A stretch of 63,272 nucleotides of DNA, counting the filler, from Nemertoderma westbladi (lineage: Eukaryota; Animalia; Xenacoelomorpha), in NCBI GenBank assembly GCA_032718475.1. It is 3 parts of 3 records of this genome, joined end to end, with 100 filler letters (N's around TTAATTAATTAA, not from the genome) between each part and the next. Parts side by side here need not be neighbours in the genome. Positions count along the whole stretch, not along the records: positions 1 to 16,528 come from JAUCBJ010005002.1; positions 16,629 to 46,179 come from JAUCBJ010003455.1; 1 more part is not named here. One strand, given 5' to 3'. Each line of letters opens with the position of its first letter. Positions within the stretch are counted from its first letter, which is position 1. Shown here in pieces: positions 12,802-25,431 of the stretch. A program made the translations under genes and the position numbers. Under the pieces are notes generated by a model. It did not search any database, was not told the DNA's origin, and saw only the letters and a list, made by a program, of their open reading frames with translations.

Positions 12802-13704
12802 TATAGTGCTACAAAAGAACTTGAACTGTATAGTATCACTGTAGTGTCGGATCCCATTGTATCCCGGTAACAAAAACTTAATTTATTTCCAGAATTACGA
12901 CGCCATCCCTCCACCTCCGCCAGAAAACTTTGCGTATTGATACCAAACGCTATGTGATCGTTGTAAATAAAAAAATGTATTTTGATGTCAGAAAGCTTTA
13001 GGCCCATATAAAAAGCCCCACGCATCGATTCTTGCATTGCGACCAGGGTAATTTTCGTTTCGTCGCGAATGCTTTAAAGGGACTAGCTATCTATGGCGCA
13101 TTTCTGCCTTGCATCCTTAAATGGTAGCTAAATGAGTACCAGTTTCCACTTGGTAGTATAATTCTGGGGGGAGTTGTGATACAGGGAGTATAGCGATACA
13201 GGGAGTATAGCGATTGTCAATGCCGACTACTGTAGCACAATAAGTGCAATAAACTAGAAATAATATCGGTTTATAAACAAACGCCTAAAAAATTATTTTC
13301 AGGTCTATGATTCGAAATGTTTACTAATTACTGACGGAAGTGCTGTAACGTTTGTGAAATAATTATTAAACTAACATTTTATATGCTAGAGTAATTCTAG
13401 GGTCAGACTTTCTTTCCGCCAGAATTGTAATGTTTCGGAACAAGACAGAAGTGTCAGACAGGGGCATACTCGTATGGCAGGCGGTCTAGACTTTTAGGCC
13501 TTTACACACAATTCTAGTATAAGTATAAGGAAATAAGTGTATTGTTGTATGTAAGCCTACTTTTTGTGGGCCTGTTTCAAAATTCGCCTCGGCAACGTAT
13601 GGAAAATTCGCAACTTTGGACAGCTGTAGTTAAAACAGATCTGACTTACCTACTGTAACATTTACCTGGGATTGGCTACTTATTCCAATGTAACACATTT
13701 ATAT

Positions 13705-15360
13705 AGATAGATACTGTAGGTAGATTTATTTATACATTATGTAAAAACAATAACAAATACACCAAACAATGTACCGGTATAAAGGTATTGTCCAACATAA
13801 CATATAGGATTACCCCTAAAGCTTTGCAGCTTATTTCCAAGGGGGTCCTTTATGTTACTTGGTTACAAATACAATATTACACTACGCTAACCTAAAACCA
13901 ATATAAACGTAATTACACTATGTACATGTACAACTTTACCGAGAGCGTGACAATGTCCGACTCAACGATAAAGAAAGATGTAATGTACAGAACAATTTAT
14001 TATAAAACGTAATTACAGTATAAATAGTAAATAATTAATAAACTAATAACTTACTGTAGGACTATTGTACCTATTTTTACATTGCACACGGAGATGAGAT
14101 TTAACTGCAGATTTAAAAGAATGTTGATTATTTAGGTTTTTAATTTCATTCGGCAGAGCGTTCCAATTTTTAATGCCGTTAAAAAAGAAAGTATCAGATT
14201 CGAAGGAATTACAATTCGGGAGGTAGAAGTTTGAAGCACTAGCTCTGGTACTGTAAGAGTGTGTATCGCGCACTCTGTTGAATTTTTGTTTTCAGTAATT
14301 GGGACATTTACCATTATACACTTTATGCACATGGTTAAGGCGTAGCTGCTTAACTCTACTATCTAAGTTAAGTAGTCCAGATTCAGAAAAGTCATCTGGA
14401 GTTAGGTGGTGCCTAGGTTTGAAGTCTTTAATAAATCGTACTACTTTATTCTGAGCTACTTGTAATTTACATTTAAGCTGTTTGGTTAAGCCTTCATACC
14501 AAGAAGAGCATGCATAGTCCATGTGACACTGTATTAAAGAAGTGCAAAGTAATTTGCGGGAGTCGGTGTTTAAACTATTTTTATTTCTATATAGAAACCT
14601 AAGCCTACTGTTAACTTTCGAAAAAATATTTTTCACTGTACTTTCTCCTGATAAGCAGTTATCCAATGTGGCGCCTAAATATTTAACTTCCTTTTTATTT
14701 TCAATCTTATGTCCATTACTAGTGACTTCAAACTTAGTTACCTTCTTTAACTTTCGTTTGGAACCAAACAAAATACTTTCAGTCTTACCGTAGTGAATGG
14801 ATAGCTTATTATCAACCAACCACTCATTACAGGATTCTAGAACTGCACTTAACTTTTGGGAAATATGGATAGGATCTTTATGAGAGAAAATAAGAGCACT
14901 GTCGTCGGCATATAAAATGAGTTTAAAATCGGGATCTATACTACTTATCATATCATTTACATAGCATACAAAAAGCAGAGGACCTAATATACTACCTTGC
15001 CCTACACCACAGGTAATCTCTTGTACAGTAGACTGCGATTTGCTAATGACTACAGTTTGACCTCTGTCTGACAGGTAGGACTTGAACCAGTCTATAGAAC
15101 CTACACCCATCAGGCCTAACTTACCAAGCAGAATTTCATGATCTACAGTATCGAAAGTCTTTTGTAGGTCCAACATTACCATACCAGTATATAAACCCCT
15201 TGCGTTATTACATCTAATTGTATCAGTCAAGTTAATAAGGCAGGTGTCTGTAGAATATGATTTACGAAAACCGGACTGAAGTTCATAGATCAGATTTAGC
15301 CTACTAAGATGTGCTTCCAGCTGTAGAAAAACGGAACGTTCTAGAATTTTAGATACAATA
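13705..15360 (-). mobile_element. 5'-truncated L2/Crack-like LINE with reverse transcriptase domain and a premature stop
   Basis: [38 protein letters not shown] motifs; TGA at 14292-14294 then the same frame continues to 14043; 3' stem-loop near 13806-13848 and (TCTA)n-like tail. Confidence 0.9.
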
Positions 15361-15364
15361 ATTT

Positions 15365-15657
15365 GATCATAGGCCATTGGGTATTTACACAACACATTTG
15401 GGGCGCAGATGTATTTAACCAATACCAACTGTTGTGTACCATTATGTTTTTGTCATATTTTCCTTTATTTTCACTTGTATAATTGCCATACAGTAATAGG
15501 ATTCTGCACAGCGTTAACCTTATATTGAATATTAATATGAAAACTTCCCGAATTTATCCCGTAAATATTTTTATATGAATAACCTGAACAAACCGGAAAA
15601 TTTTTCCAAAAGCAAAATTAATAATGACAGATACACCGTTTTGGAATATAAGAGCCG
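15365..15657 (+). mobile_element. Right-end fragment of a Sola-like DNA transposon
   Basis: Aligns by eye with 22825-23120, ending in AGATACACCGTTTTGGAATATAAGAGCCG. Confidence 0.75.
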
Positions 15658-16161
15658 TTAATTAGTTATGGTGTGGCTTGTGATGAAAACAACTATTAAG
15701 GAGGATAAATAATATTTTTTTAATCCCGACATATTATCTATTATCGTAACTATTATCGTAAATACCGTAAATTATTAATGTTCCCTTTACAGAACCGATA
15801 GTGCCCTAATTTAATATGTGTTAATAAAATTAAAGACGTAAAAACTTCTTGTTCTTGATTCTAGCCACTTTAATTACTTAAATGGCAACCTAAAATATGT
15901 ATATATATTTTTATTTCGAATTCAAAAAAACAAATTGCAGTATATTTATGAGTGAAGATTCAAAACAGTGTTCCACTTTACAGTTTATTCAAAAAAATGA
16001 GTTTAAATTTTGCATCTTGGCCACATTTAATTGTAGGACTACTGTAACCCAAGGGTCACAACTCTGTCATTAAGTCTTAGGAAAATTTGAATATATAATG
16101 TAGCTACAGTATATATTGTACTGTATGGTGGCACTGAAGGGCCAACAAAGAATTTTTTGTC

Positions 16162-16503
16162 TGAAACAAGTCGTGCGCACGACTTGTTACATCAGAAACA
16201 AGTCGTGCGCACGACTTGTTACATCAGAAACAACTCGTGCGCACGACTTGTTTTGCTAAAACAAGTCGTGCGCACGACTTGTTACTTCAGAAACAACTTG
16301 TGCGCACGACTTGTTTTGCTAAAACAACTCGTGCGCACGACTTGTTACATCAGAAATAACTGGTGCGCACGACTTGTTTTGCTAAAACAAGTCGTGCGCA
16401 CGACTTGTTACATCAGAAACAACTCGTGCGCACGACTTTTTACATCAGAAACAACTCGTGCGCACGACTTGATTTGCTAAAACAACTCGTGCGCACGACT
16501 TGT
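16162..16503. repeat. Tandem array of 11 units (31-32 bp) each built on a 22-bp palindrome
   Basis: ACAAGTCGTGCGCACGACTTGT core with two linker types (TACATCAG and TTTGCTA); runs to near the contig end. Confidence 0.92.
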
Positions 16504-16528
16504 CAGGAGCAGGTTACAGAGACGGGTA

Positions 16529-16628
16529 NNNNNNNNNNNNNNNNNNNNNNNNNNNNNNNNNNNNNNNNNNNNTTAATTAATTAANNNNNNNNNNNNNNNN
16601 NNNNNNNNNNNNNNNNNNNNNNNNNNNN
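16529..16628. other. Artificial contig linker
   Basis: 44 N + TTAATTAATTAA (stops in six frames) + 44 N. Confidence 0.98.
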
Positions 16629-17429
16629 TATATATATATATAGCTGCAAACTCAAAATATTATAAGTAAAAATTGTCAAACTGAAAAATGTTGTGTTTGG
16701 TTTGATAATTCTGAAGGTATACGGGTTTTCGATGTCGCTGAACAGGATGACACTAGTTATAAATATTTCTGGTATGTGCATGTGCAAATCCCATTTTGGT
16801 GCCATTCAAGTGCCCCAAAACGAAAACTACAAGTAACACAAAATTATAAAGTGTTAAATTTTGACTTTGGTTATAAATATCTATACTGGTTTTCAAAGTC
16901 GCTGATTACTACGATATAACTCGTAAAAAATCATTCGTGCTAACGCAACTATCATTTTTGCTGCTTGTCTGGTGGGACGGATAAATACGGATACTAGAAA
17001 TATCCCAGGTATCGAAAGTATTAATTGCTATTGGTAAAGGTAAAATAGGAGTCCATAAGGGAAAAACATTTTCCGATATTGATATTGAATTAAGTGATGT
17101 TTTATCAGATGATGGTTATCAGATGACAGGTTATGCCTTTCTGACTGAAAATTCTGAAATTGACTTTCTCACATTGCGAAGTTCTATTTATCCTTCGCAG
17201 CTAATTAATTAGCCATAGCCATTCCTGGCAAATCTGAAATACGATTAAGGCTAAATATTAGGCTGATTAAGAGAACAAGAGTTCGTGCTCTTCTATTTAA
17301 TTTATAGAATTACTATTTATTGTATTTTAGGTGGTAGCAGCAGCGGGGGACTGATACCTCCAGGTAAATTATAAATATCACGCGTAATTATATCCGTAGC
17401 TGTTCCCATAGTTGGTAGGTGCTAAAATG

Positions 17430-17640
17430 CACAACGAGCAACAATGACCAACAGCGAGCAACAATGAGCAACAATGAGCAGCAATGAGCAATAACAAGCA
17501 ATAATAAAGTACAAGAACGAGCAACAATGAGCAACAACGAACAACAATGAGCAACAACGAACAACAATGAGCAACTACGAGCAACAATGAGCAATAACAA
17601 GCAATAATAAAGTACAAGAACGAGCAACAATGAGCAACGT
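17430..17640. repeat. 10-bp minisatellite (ATGAGCAACA)n
   Basis: Direct inspection. Confidence 0.9.
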
Positions 17641-17654
17641 AATGCAATGTAATG

Positions 17655-18197
17655 ATATAATGAGTTAAGTGCCGTTATATAGCCCGTTGGAATATCGTTA
17701 TATAGCCAGTAGGAAAGTCGTTATATAATGAGTTAAGTGCCGTTATATAGTCCGTTGGAATATCGTTATATAGCCAGTAGGAAAGTCGTTATATAATGAG
17801 TTAAGTGCCGTGATATAGTCCGTTGGAATATCGTTATATAGCCAGTAGGAAAGTCGTTATATAATGAGTTAAATGCCGTTATATAGCCCGTTGGAATATC
17901 GTTATATAGCCAGTAGGAAAGTCGTTTTATAATGAGTTAAATGCCGTTATATAGTCCGTTGGCATATCGTTATATAGCCAGTAGGAAAGTCGTTATATAA
18001 TGAGTTAAATGCCGTTATATAGTCCGTTGGCATATCGTTATATAGCCAGTAGAAAAGTCGTTATATAATGAGTTAAGTGCCGTGATATAGTCCGTTTGAA
18101 TATCGTTATATAGCCAGTAGGAAAGTCGTTATATAATGAGTTAAATGCCGTTATATAGTCCGTTGGCATATCGTTATATAGCCAGTAGAAAAGTCGC
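17655..18197. repeat. 68-bp tandem repeat, about 8 copies, made of three CGTTATATA-anchored subunits
   Basis: TGAGTTAA recurs at 17661, 17729 and onward. Confidence 0.93.
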
Positions 18198-19556
18198 CAG
18201 TCGCCTCATTGCTTGATATATGCAAAAGCGTAAAATAAAATATAAAAAAGCGTTAAAAGATTATATACTACACTACTCATCTATATACTAATAGCTGCAA
18301 ACTCAAAATATTATAAGTAAAAAAATGTCAAACTAAAAAATGTTGTGTTTGGTTTGATAATTCTGAAGGTATACGGGTTTTCGATGTCGCTGATCACGAT
18401 GAAACTAGTTACAAATATTTCTGGTAAAGCAAACCCATTCTTCGTGCCATTCTGGTGCCCCAGAACGAAAAGTACAAATAGGACAAAATTATAAACTGTT
18501 AAATTTTGCCTTGGGTTTGGTAATTCTGAAGCTGTACCGATTTTCAAGGTCGCTGATCACGATACAACTCGTTAAAAATAATTTCTGGTAACGCAACAAT
18601 CATTTTTGGTGCTTGTCTGGTGGGACGAAAAATACAAGTTAGCGTAAAATTTCAAACGCCAAAATTCGATTTCTTCGAAATTTTGGTTGGATATTAACGA
18701 TATTTTTGAGTGTCATGTTCGTGATCAGCATCCCAAAAAACCTATATGGTCATCAAATTATTTGGTTTTATTAAGGATTAATAAATCTTGTTTGTAATGC
18801 AAAAAATTGATTTAAAATCGAAATACGGCCCTCGCACAGCACAATATATAATATGTATATGAGATCATCCACTGTGTTCATCCGTGGGAGTTAGTGTGGA
18901 GTCCAGTCCCCCTTGCCTTGTACGTAAAAACAAGAGAAGGAAGCAAGTGAAAGAGTACCCTTAATATTGCCTCCAGTAGTGTTTCATATTCACAGATAAA
19001 TTTACACTACCCCGAATTATTATGAACCCGAATTTGTGGGGCAAGGGGCCTTCCTATTTACATGACAAATCAATATCGCCGTAGTCCGGCTGCCCCATCC
19101 ATTGCATTAGCTACACTACTGTCTGGCCAGCAGACATATATTCGCCTTCAAGCTCGATATATTGCTTTCTCTAACAATGGCATCGCCGTTCACTCCACGT
19201 AAACAATTAATGTTCCTACAACTCGTGTTATAAATTCCATGAGATAATTTTAATCAATATTGATGGTGTCATTTGTTTGATGTTAGCACAACTATTGCAT
19301 GTTAGCAGAACTCTAGTCAATGATTTTTGAATGTTCAAGAAGAGGACGCTAAAGGGATACACGATTTTTTTCCCTCACATTTCAGGTATTGCAAAGTGGC
19401 ACTTGTGCTAACATTACAAAGAGTACATGGGGACCCGATCAAAACGTCGGACACATGTCCCTGATCAAATGTCAGCTCAACTTGTTACCACTATTTTTTT
19501 GTCACCACAACTGCCATTTTTGATAGCCAAATGTTAGCACAACTGCCAGTTGGATA

Positions 19557-19707
<151 letters not shown>

Positions 19708-21327
19708 AGCTGTAACCATTATCATTATTTATACCTGACTGCCTAGGTTATAATAATTCACCGCGATTATCAGAAAATAAACAGCCACAATTTATTGAAC
19801 ATTATATTATTATTGTTATATTATATTGCACATTATAATGGGGTGGTGTGGGGGGGGGGGGGGGTGGGTGTGCGTGCGTGCAGGTCCGCAGCTTGTACAA
19901 TGCATTGATCATGTAACATCATGTCATCAATATCATGTAATAGTCCACAACAAGAGAGGGGATGGGATAACTTGTGGTAATATTGAAAGTCTTGTCTTTA
20001 CAACGACCTGTGGGCAAGTGTGGTTTGTCGGCCGGATGGTTTAAAACCCTCCAAATTAAAAATGAATAAGCAGAATTTAATAAGTATTAATAACCCAATC
20101 CGGTTTTTAATATTTAAAAAAATATGATTACAATAATGTTAATAAACAGATTTAAAATCTAATGATGTGTTGGTAACTAATGATGTACATAATTTACTTT
20201 AAAAGAGATTAAGTTTCAATAAAAATACCTTATTATAAAATTAAATTAAAACAAAATAATAATAAAAAATAATAAAAATTAAAATTAAATTAAATTAAAT
20301 TACGTTTAGAAGGTATTTAAGGGTGTCCACTCATTAACTAGGCCTACATTTTCTAGCTTACTATTTCTAAATTACGTGAATTTTTATACACGTTACAGTG
20401 ATGTTACGTTGAACAGTTATGTATAATTAAATTATAATTAAAAATATATTTTATGAATTTATCACGCTGCTACGCCAATACGGCCCTTATATTCCAAAAC
20501 CGTGTATCTCGATTTTTGACGAAAATGACATATTTATATATTTGGAATCAGAATTTCAAGGCGCATCTTTCTATCCAGGTCCCGAAGCTTGAAAATCAAA
20601 TGCAAAGAAAATAGTTTGCGACCAAAACCGTGTATCTCGATATTTTTTGAAGCAATTTTTAATCAAAACCATTTATCTGAGAAAAATTAACCGAAAAAAA
20701 TTAACTGACCAATAGGATGCAAGATCTCCATGATTATTAATTTATCAAAACAGTGTATCTCTGTTTCGGAAATTCGTTTAATTGATCAAAACCATCTATC
20801 TGGAGATAGACGGTTTTGGACCACCTCTAGACAAATCTTTCTCAGATAGACGGTTTTGATTACAAATTCAATGTTCAATAAATGTTCTAGATATATTTCA
20901 AAACACAGTTAACCGGTCATTTAGTCTGAACAATTCATTTGCAATTGTCGCGGCCAGCTACCGTTTACCGGTAGTTAATTCATAAATCAACAATTCAGGC
21001 ATTAACAAACTACACAAAGCGTTATGATAACATATTGTAAAGTTTCAGTTTAGGTAAACAACCATGAGAGTTTAGGTAACAAGAGTTTACCAGTAGGTTG
21101 TGTTACTGTACCATAACGTTTTGTCATCTATAAGCAATTCATCGATCAAAGAATCAGAACAACAGTTTTTTTAAACACTTTCTTGACTCTTGGTAGCAAG
21201 CCAGTTTGTTTATTTTATATAAAGCATAGCACTGATATTCGTGTAAGTAAACAATGTCTACCACACGCAAACAATATCCTCTACGGAGGAAGGCTATACC
21301 CCCTAATGATTCCAATACTTCTGGTAA

Positions 21328-21577
21328 ATGGTGACGTTGGAGGGGGACATACAGAGATGAGTGGAAGTGGTGACGTTGGAGGGGGACATACAGAGGAGAG
21401 TGGGAGTGGTGACGTTGGAGGGGGTCATATTGAGGAGAGTGGGAGTGGTGACGTTTGAGGGGGACATGCAGAGGGGAGTGGGAGTGGTGACGTTGGAGGG
21501 GGACATATTGAGGGGAGTGGTGACATTGGAGAGGGACATACTGAGGGGTTTGGTAGTGGTGACGTTTGAGGGGGGAT
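21328..21577. repeat. G-rich 39-bp tandem repeat inside the Sola element
   Basis: GTGGTGACGTTGGAGGGGGACATACAGAGGAGAGTGGGA, about 6-7 copies. Confidence 0.88.
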
Positions 21578-21649
21578 GAATGACTATTGTGTGGTGTGGC
21601 ATGAGGGGCTGCAAGGTCGGGATGCTGACTCATTGGCCGATTGTATGTT

Positions 21650-22247
21650 AAGGATCATCAGAGAAGAGCGGGATTCCAAAGAGTTTATATTTTGGCTGGA
21701 TAATTGTACGGGTCAAAATAAAAACGGTTGCTCTTTGGCGCATGTTTAGCGATTGTCAATACCACAGGGGGGCCACAGTCAATCACATTGAAGTACCTCA
21801 CCAAGGGACATGTTAGCCGATTCGGTTCATGGAAATATAGAGAGGAGTATTAAAAGACAACCAGCAATGTATGATTTGAAATACGTCACTCTGGTTATGG
21901 CCAACAGTAGAAAAGATTTGGTTGTATTAACCCCGGAATTCCACAAGTGGTTGAAGAAACTAACGTATTCCAAGAAGCTGAAAGAGGCGCTTCCCTATAT
22001 TACAGAGGTAGTCCAGGTTAGATTTAACAAAGGGTGTCGCAAGATGGTGTATAAAAGAGACTTCAAAGAAGCAGAGAAGTGTGTAGAATTCCTTCAAGAG
22101 AGGTATCAGCCAGAAATTCCACAGAAGAAAGAAGGTGTACGGGGAATTAACACAGCAAAGAAGGAGATTATCCTAAAGAAACTTGTTAATCTCATGCCAG
22201 GAAACAGATCGTCTTTCTGGTTATCGATGACATCGAAACAATCATAA
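21650..22247 (+). pseudogene. Frameshifted Sola-type DDD transposase remnant
   Basis: FIFWLDNCTGQNKN, then frameshift to ...ITLKYLTKGH, then frameshift to MLADSVHGNIERSIK. Confidence 0.8.
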
Positions 22248-23520
22248 ACAGACCTTAATAGTGGCTACGATCACTCTTTAGCTAATGAGTAGATCTGTAT
22301 TGAATACAACTTATCGATTTATTAAACTCATTATTCTATAAAACGGATCAATGTATTAAACTCATATTTGTTTAAACTGAACTGTTTAATTAACTATAAA
22401 TTGTATTAAACTGATCGCTATAAACTCATCATAATTGTAAAAACTGATCATTAAATCTTATCTATGTATTAAACTCATCTTTGTATAAAACTGCTCTATA
22501 TATTAAACTCATATTTGTATAAACCGATCTATTATTAAACTCATATTTGTATATAACTGATCTACAGTATATACTGTATTAAACTCATATTTGTATAAAA
22601 CCGATCTATGTATTAAACTGATCGTTACATTAAACTGACTGTTCATTTTATTTTATTCCCTTACCACAAATTGTAGTTTATTAGTTAATGGTTTTCAATA
22701 TTAATGGTAATTATTAATTAATAAAATAAAAGTTTATATTCAAACATAGAGATAAACGGTTTTGTTAAAAAATAAAATATAAAAGATAGCTGGTTTTGAA
22801 GAATAAAAAATGAGTTAGCCGATTTTGATCCAAAAAAAGTTACATGTTTGCGGCGCAAGTATATTGACCAATACCTGCTATGGTGTACTATCGGTGTACT
22901 ATGGTGTTTTTAACATATTTCCCTTTATTTTCATGCCTTAATTTTGCCTCAGGTGGATTCGGCACATGCGTTTACCCTATATAGAATATTAATATGGAAA
23001 TTTCCCGAATTAATCCCAGTAAGAATTTAAAATGAATAACCATAAAAAACCGGAATGGTTTTTGGCCATTTTCTCAAAATGCCAAAAATTGAGATACACG
23101 GTTTTGGAATATAAGGGCCGAATAGAGGTCTTTGGCCTTGATTCTGATTTAAGGAACATTAAAACTAATTTATAATGAATAATAATTTCAAAATATTCCA
23201 AGGGCTGTTTTCTTAACTATTGTTAGTGTAATAATAGGCCCTGCAAGACTCAGTCTGAGTCTGACACTTCCACAATACTGCCTTGTAAATCTAATCGCTG
23301 TCCATCCGCCACCGTGTCAATCACATCGAGGCTTGGCCATTAACAAAAGCCAGTTCTTGGCGGGAATCTAAGTACAAAGGCATGCCGCAGAAGAGAGATG
23401 CAAACTGTTACCTTGAAATCATTTCAATGTCATTTCAATATGAGACAGAAAGGTCATTTCAATATGCCATCAAAGTCATTTCAATGTCAATGCTACTATC
23501 AATGCTACTCTATGGACACA

Positions 23521-23597
23521 TTTTGATCAAACTTTGATCAATATTTGATCAAAGTTTGATCAATATTTGATCAAAGTTTGATCAATATTTGATCAAA
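23521..23597. repeat. Short tandem repeat of palindromic TTGATCAA (about 12-bp period)
   Basis: Direct inspection. Confidence 0.85.
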
Positions 23598-24361
23598 GGA
23601 ATGCTTTTTGAGAGCGGGACTGTATAATGTAGAACGTTGAAATCTGGTACAGTATGGGCGACGTTTATGGAGTGGACATGTTCTCAACGTCCAAAAGCTT
23701 TGTGTGAAGGTTATGTGTTACTAGCAGGGAACATAGTACAGTAGTAGGTACCGCGTACCGATACGGGTACGTGATGTGAAAGTGCACATTACTCAACTCA
23801 AACCACTCAGACCCGACGCCGACACCATACCTGCCATTACTGCAGTACAGCAGTATGCAGTACCAGAGTACTGCCATATTGTAGTATTTCACAGTACCGG
23901 TATTCAGGCAGTCAGGTATTGCTGTGTTGATGTAACGCAGTAACGGTGAAATTGCTGTACTGCATACTGACTGCCACACCAGACCTGACTGCCTGAGTTG
24001 CCAGTACCGCGTACCGGTATTGCGGCAACAGCACCTCCTTTCCTAGTCGCTTAGCAGCTTAGCACTTTCCTACCGGTACTTTTCTACTTTTCTATTGTTC
24101 ACTTTGCACTTCCATGCTTCCTTGGGCACTACAGCACTAGTGACTTCAGTTTATATGATTTCAGGATTACTGGATTAACAGGTTAGGACTGTAGGAGGAT
24201 CCCCTATTTGACACAAGTGCCCTTCATTCCGTTCTGCCGTTGCTATACCTATATTCCTGTATTCCCTATTCCCAATTCCAGTCTGCCGTTAATTACAGTA
24301 ATTACCGGTCCCTGCAGACAGACTCAACTTAAACTAAAACCTGAAACTGAGCAGTTGAAGC

Positions 24362-24826
24362 ATGAGTTCTCTGGCCCGATACGCTATGGCTCCTTTTCGT
24401 TTGGTAGGGAAATGTGAAAGGTATATTAAAGACAAGGTAAGAGCTAACGACCGGATTTTAGCGTTGCATTTCCGTTTGTGCGGCTACAACCGCAAGGGTC
24501 TGTACGCACACGATATAGTACGGGACGATTGGCGCATTCTTAACGAGGCGGTGGAACGCTTACCCGCCGAGGAACGCGCTAAACGGAACTACCGGATACT
24601 TCGAGCCGCTCAGCTCGCCATCACGCACACCATTCTGCCCGAGGACGAGTGGGTTACTTACGACGAGAATAAGGAACGAGGTTACTACCTGCAGCCGTAC
24701 ATAGACCAGGTGCAACGGGAGATGGAAGAACGTCATCGACTTAACTACATGGAACCCATATATAATGATAAAACGAAACTACCGGCCCTAGATAAACCCG
24801 GATTTCCCGGGCGCTATCTCCGTTAA
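24362..24826 (+). CDS. UQCRB: Cytochrome b-c1 complex subunit 7 (QCR7), single coding exon
   Basis: GYNRKGL..HD, EAVERLP, RNYRILRA.QL...H.ILP..EW, YLQPYI.QV.RE..ER match the QCR7 family pattern. Confidence 0.92.
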   Translation: MSSLARYAMAPFRLVGKCERYIKDKVRANDRILALHFRLCGYNRKGLYAHDIVRDDWRILNEAVERLPAEERAKRNYRILRAAQLAITHTILPEDEWVTYDENKERGYYLQPYIDQVQREMEERHRLNYMEPIYNDKTKLPALDKPGFPGRYLR

Positions 24827-25233
24827 ACGTTGATTTGTTCTGGTAATCTAGTCCTATATAATTAGACGCGACTGCTGATCTGACTGCCTCACATTTATGT
24901 AATGTTTTTGTATATAGGGGAGTGAAGTAGGTAGTGTAGTATAATCCACCCTTTATTTCTGTTTGTTATTTATTAGATGACTCTGTAGTCTGTACTGTAC
25001 AGTGTAGTAGAATCTGTAGAAACAGTTCTCGCACTGTACGTAGAGTGTACCCGGTACTGTAAATGGGGGCCGTTCATAATACTTTATATTTGGTATATTG
25101 TGGGGGGGGGGGGGGGGGGTGGGGTTATTATTGCAATCATACAAACAAAGTATACACATTGGTCGCTTTTTAAATTGTCTTATAGGCGAACCTGCCCTGT
25201 AACCTGTAATCCCTAACAACCCTAAGTCTGTAA

Positions 25234-25431
25234 AGGCCTGTTTACACGTGGCAACTTTACCAGCAACTTGGCCGGCAACTTTTAGAGCAACTTGGCTAGT
25301 TTGACTGTAAAATAGTGGGTCATGTGGTTATACGGAGCAACTTGATCGGCAACCTGGGTTGCTCTACAAGTTGCCGATAAAGTAAACCTAGTTCTAAAAC
25401 TAAAAGTTGCCACGTGTAAACAAACAGGCCT
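25234..25431. mobile_element. PIF/Harbinger-like (Tourist) MITE
   Basis: TIR AGGCCTGTTTACACGTGGCAACTTT (right copy has a 4-nt duplication), TAA TSD at 25231-25233 and 25432-25434. Confidence 0.82.

Larger units (their letters stand above)
16640..18630. repeat. Pair of roughly 340-bp direct repeats (about 16640-16980 and 18292-18630), probably MITE internal units
   Basis: Both start AGCTGCAAACTCAAAATATTATAAGT and end TGCTTGTCTGGTGGGACG. Confidence 0.75.
20481..23120 (+). mobile_element. Defective Sola-superfamily DNA transposon with both TIRs
   Basis: 30-bp perfect TIR CGGCCCTTATATTCCAAAACCGTGTATCTC, 4-bp TSD AATA (20477-20480 and 23121-23124), transposase remnant inside. Confidence 0.85.

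Noticed and set aside
16162-16503. CRISPR-like palindromic repeat array
   Set aside because: Linkers are about 10 nt and of only two recurring types; no unique spacers or cas genes; eukaryotic context
16573-16584. TTAATTAATTAA as a biological motif (also 46224-46235)
   Set aside because: Identical centred position in two 100-nt N blocks marks an artificial linker; adjacency across it is meaningless
21154-21633. His/Pro-rich 159-aa ORF
   Set aside because: Antisense translation of the 39-bp repeat inside the Sola element
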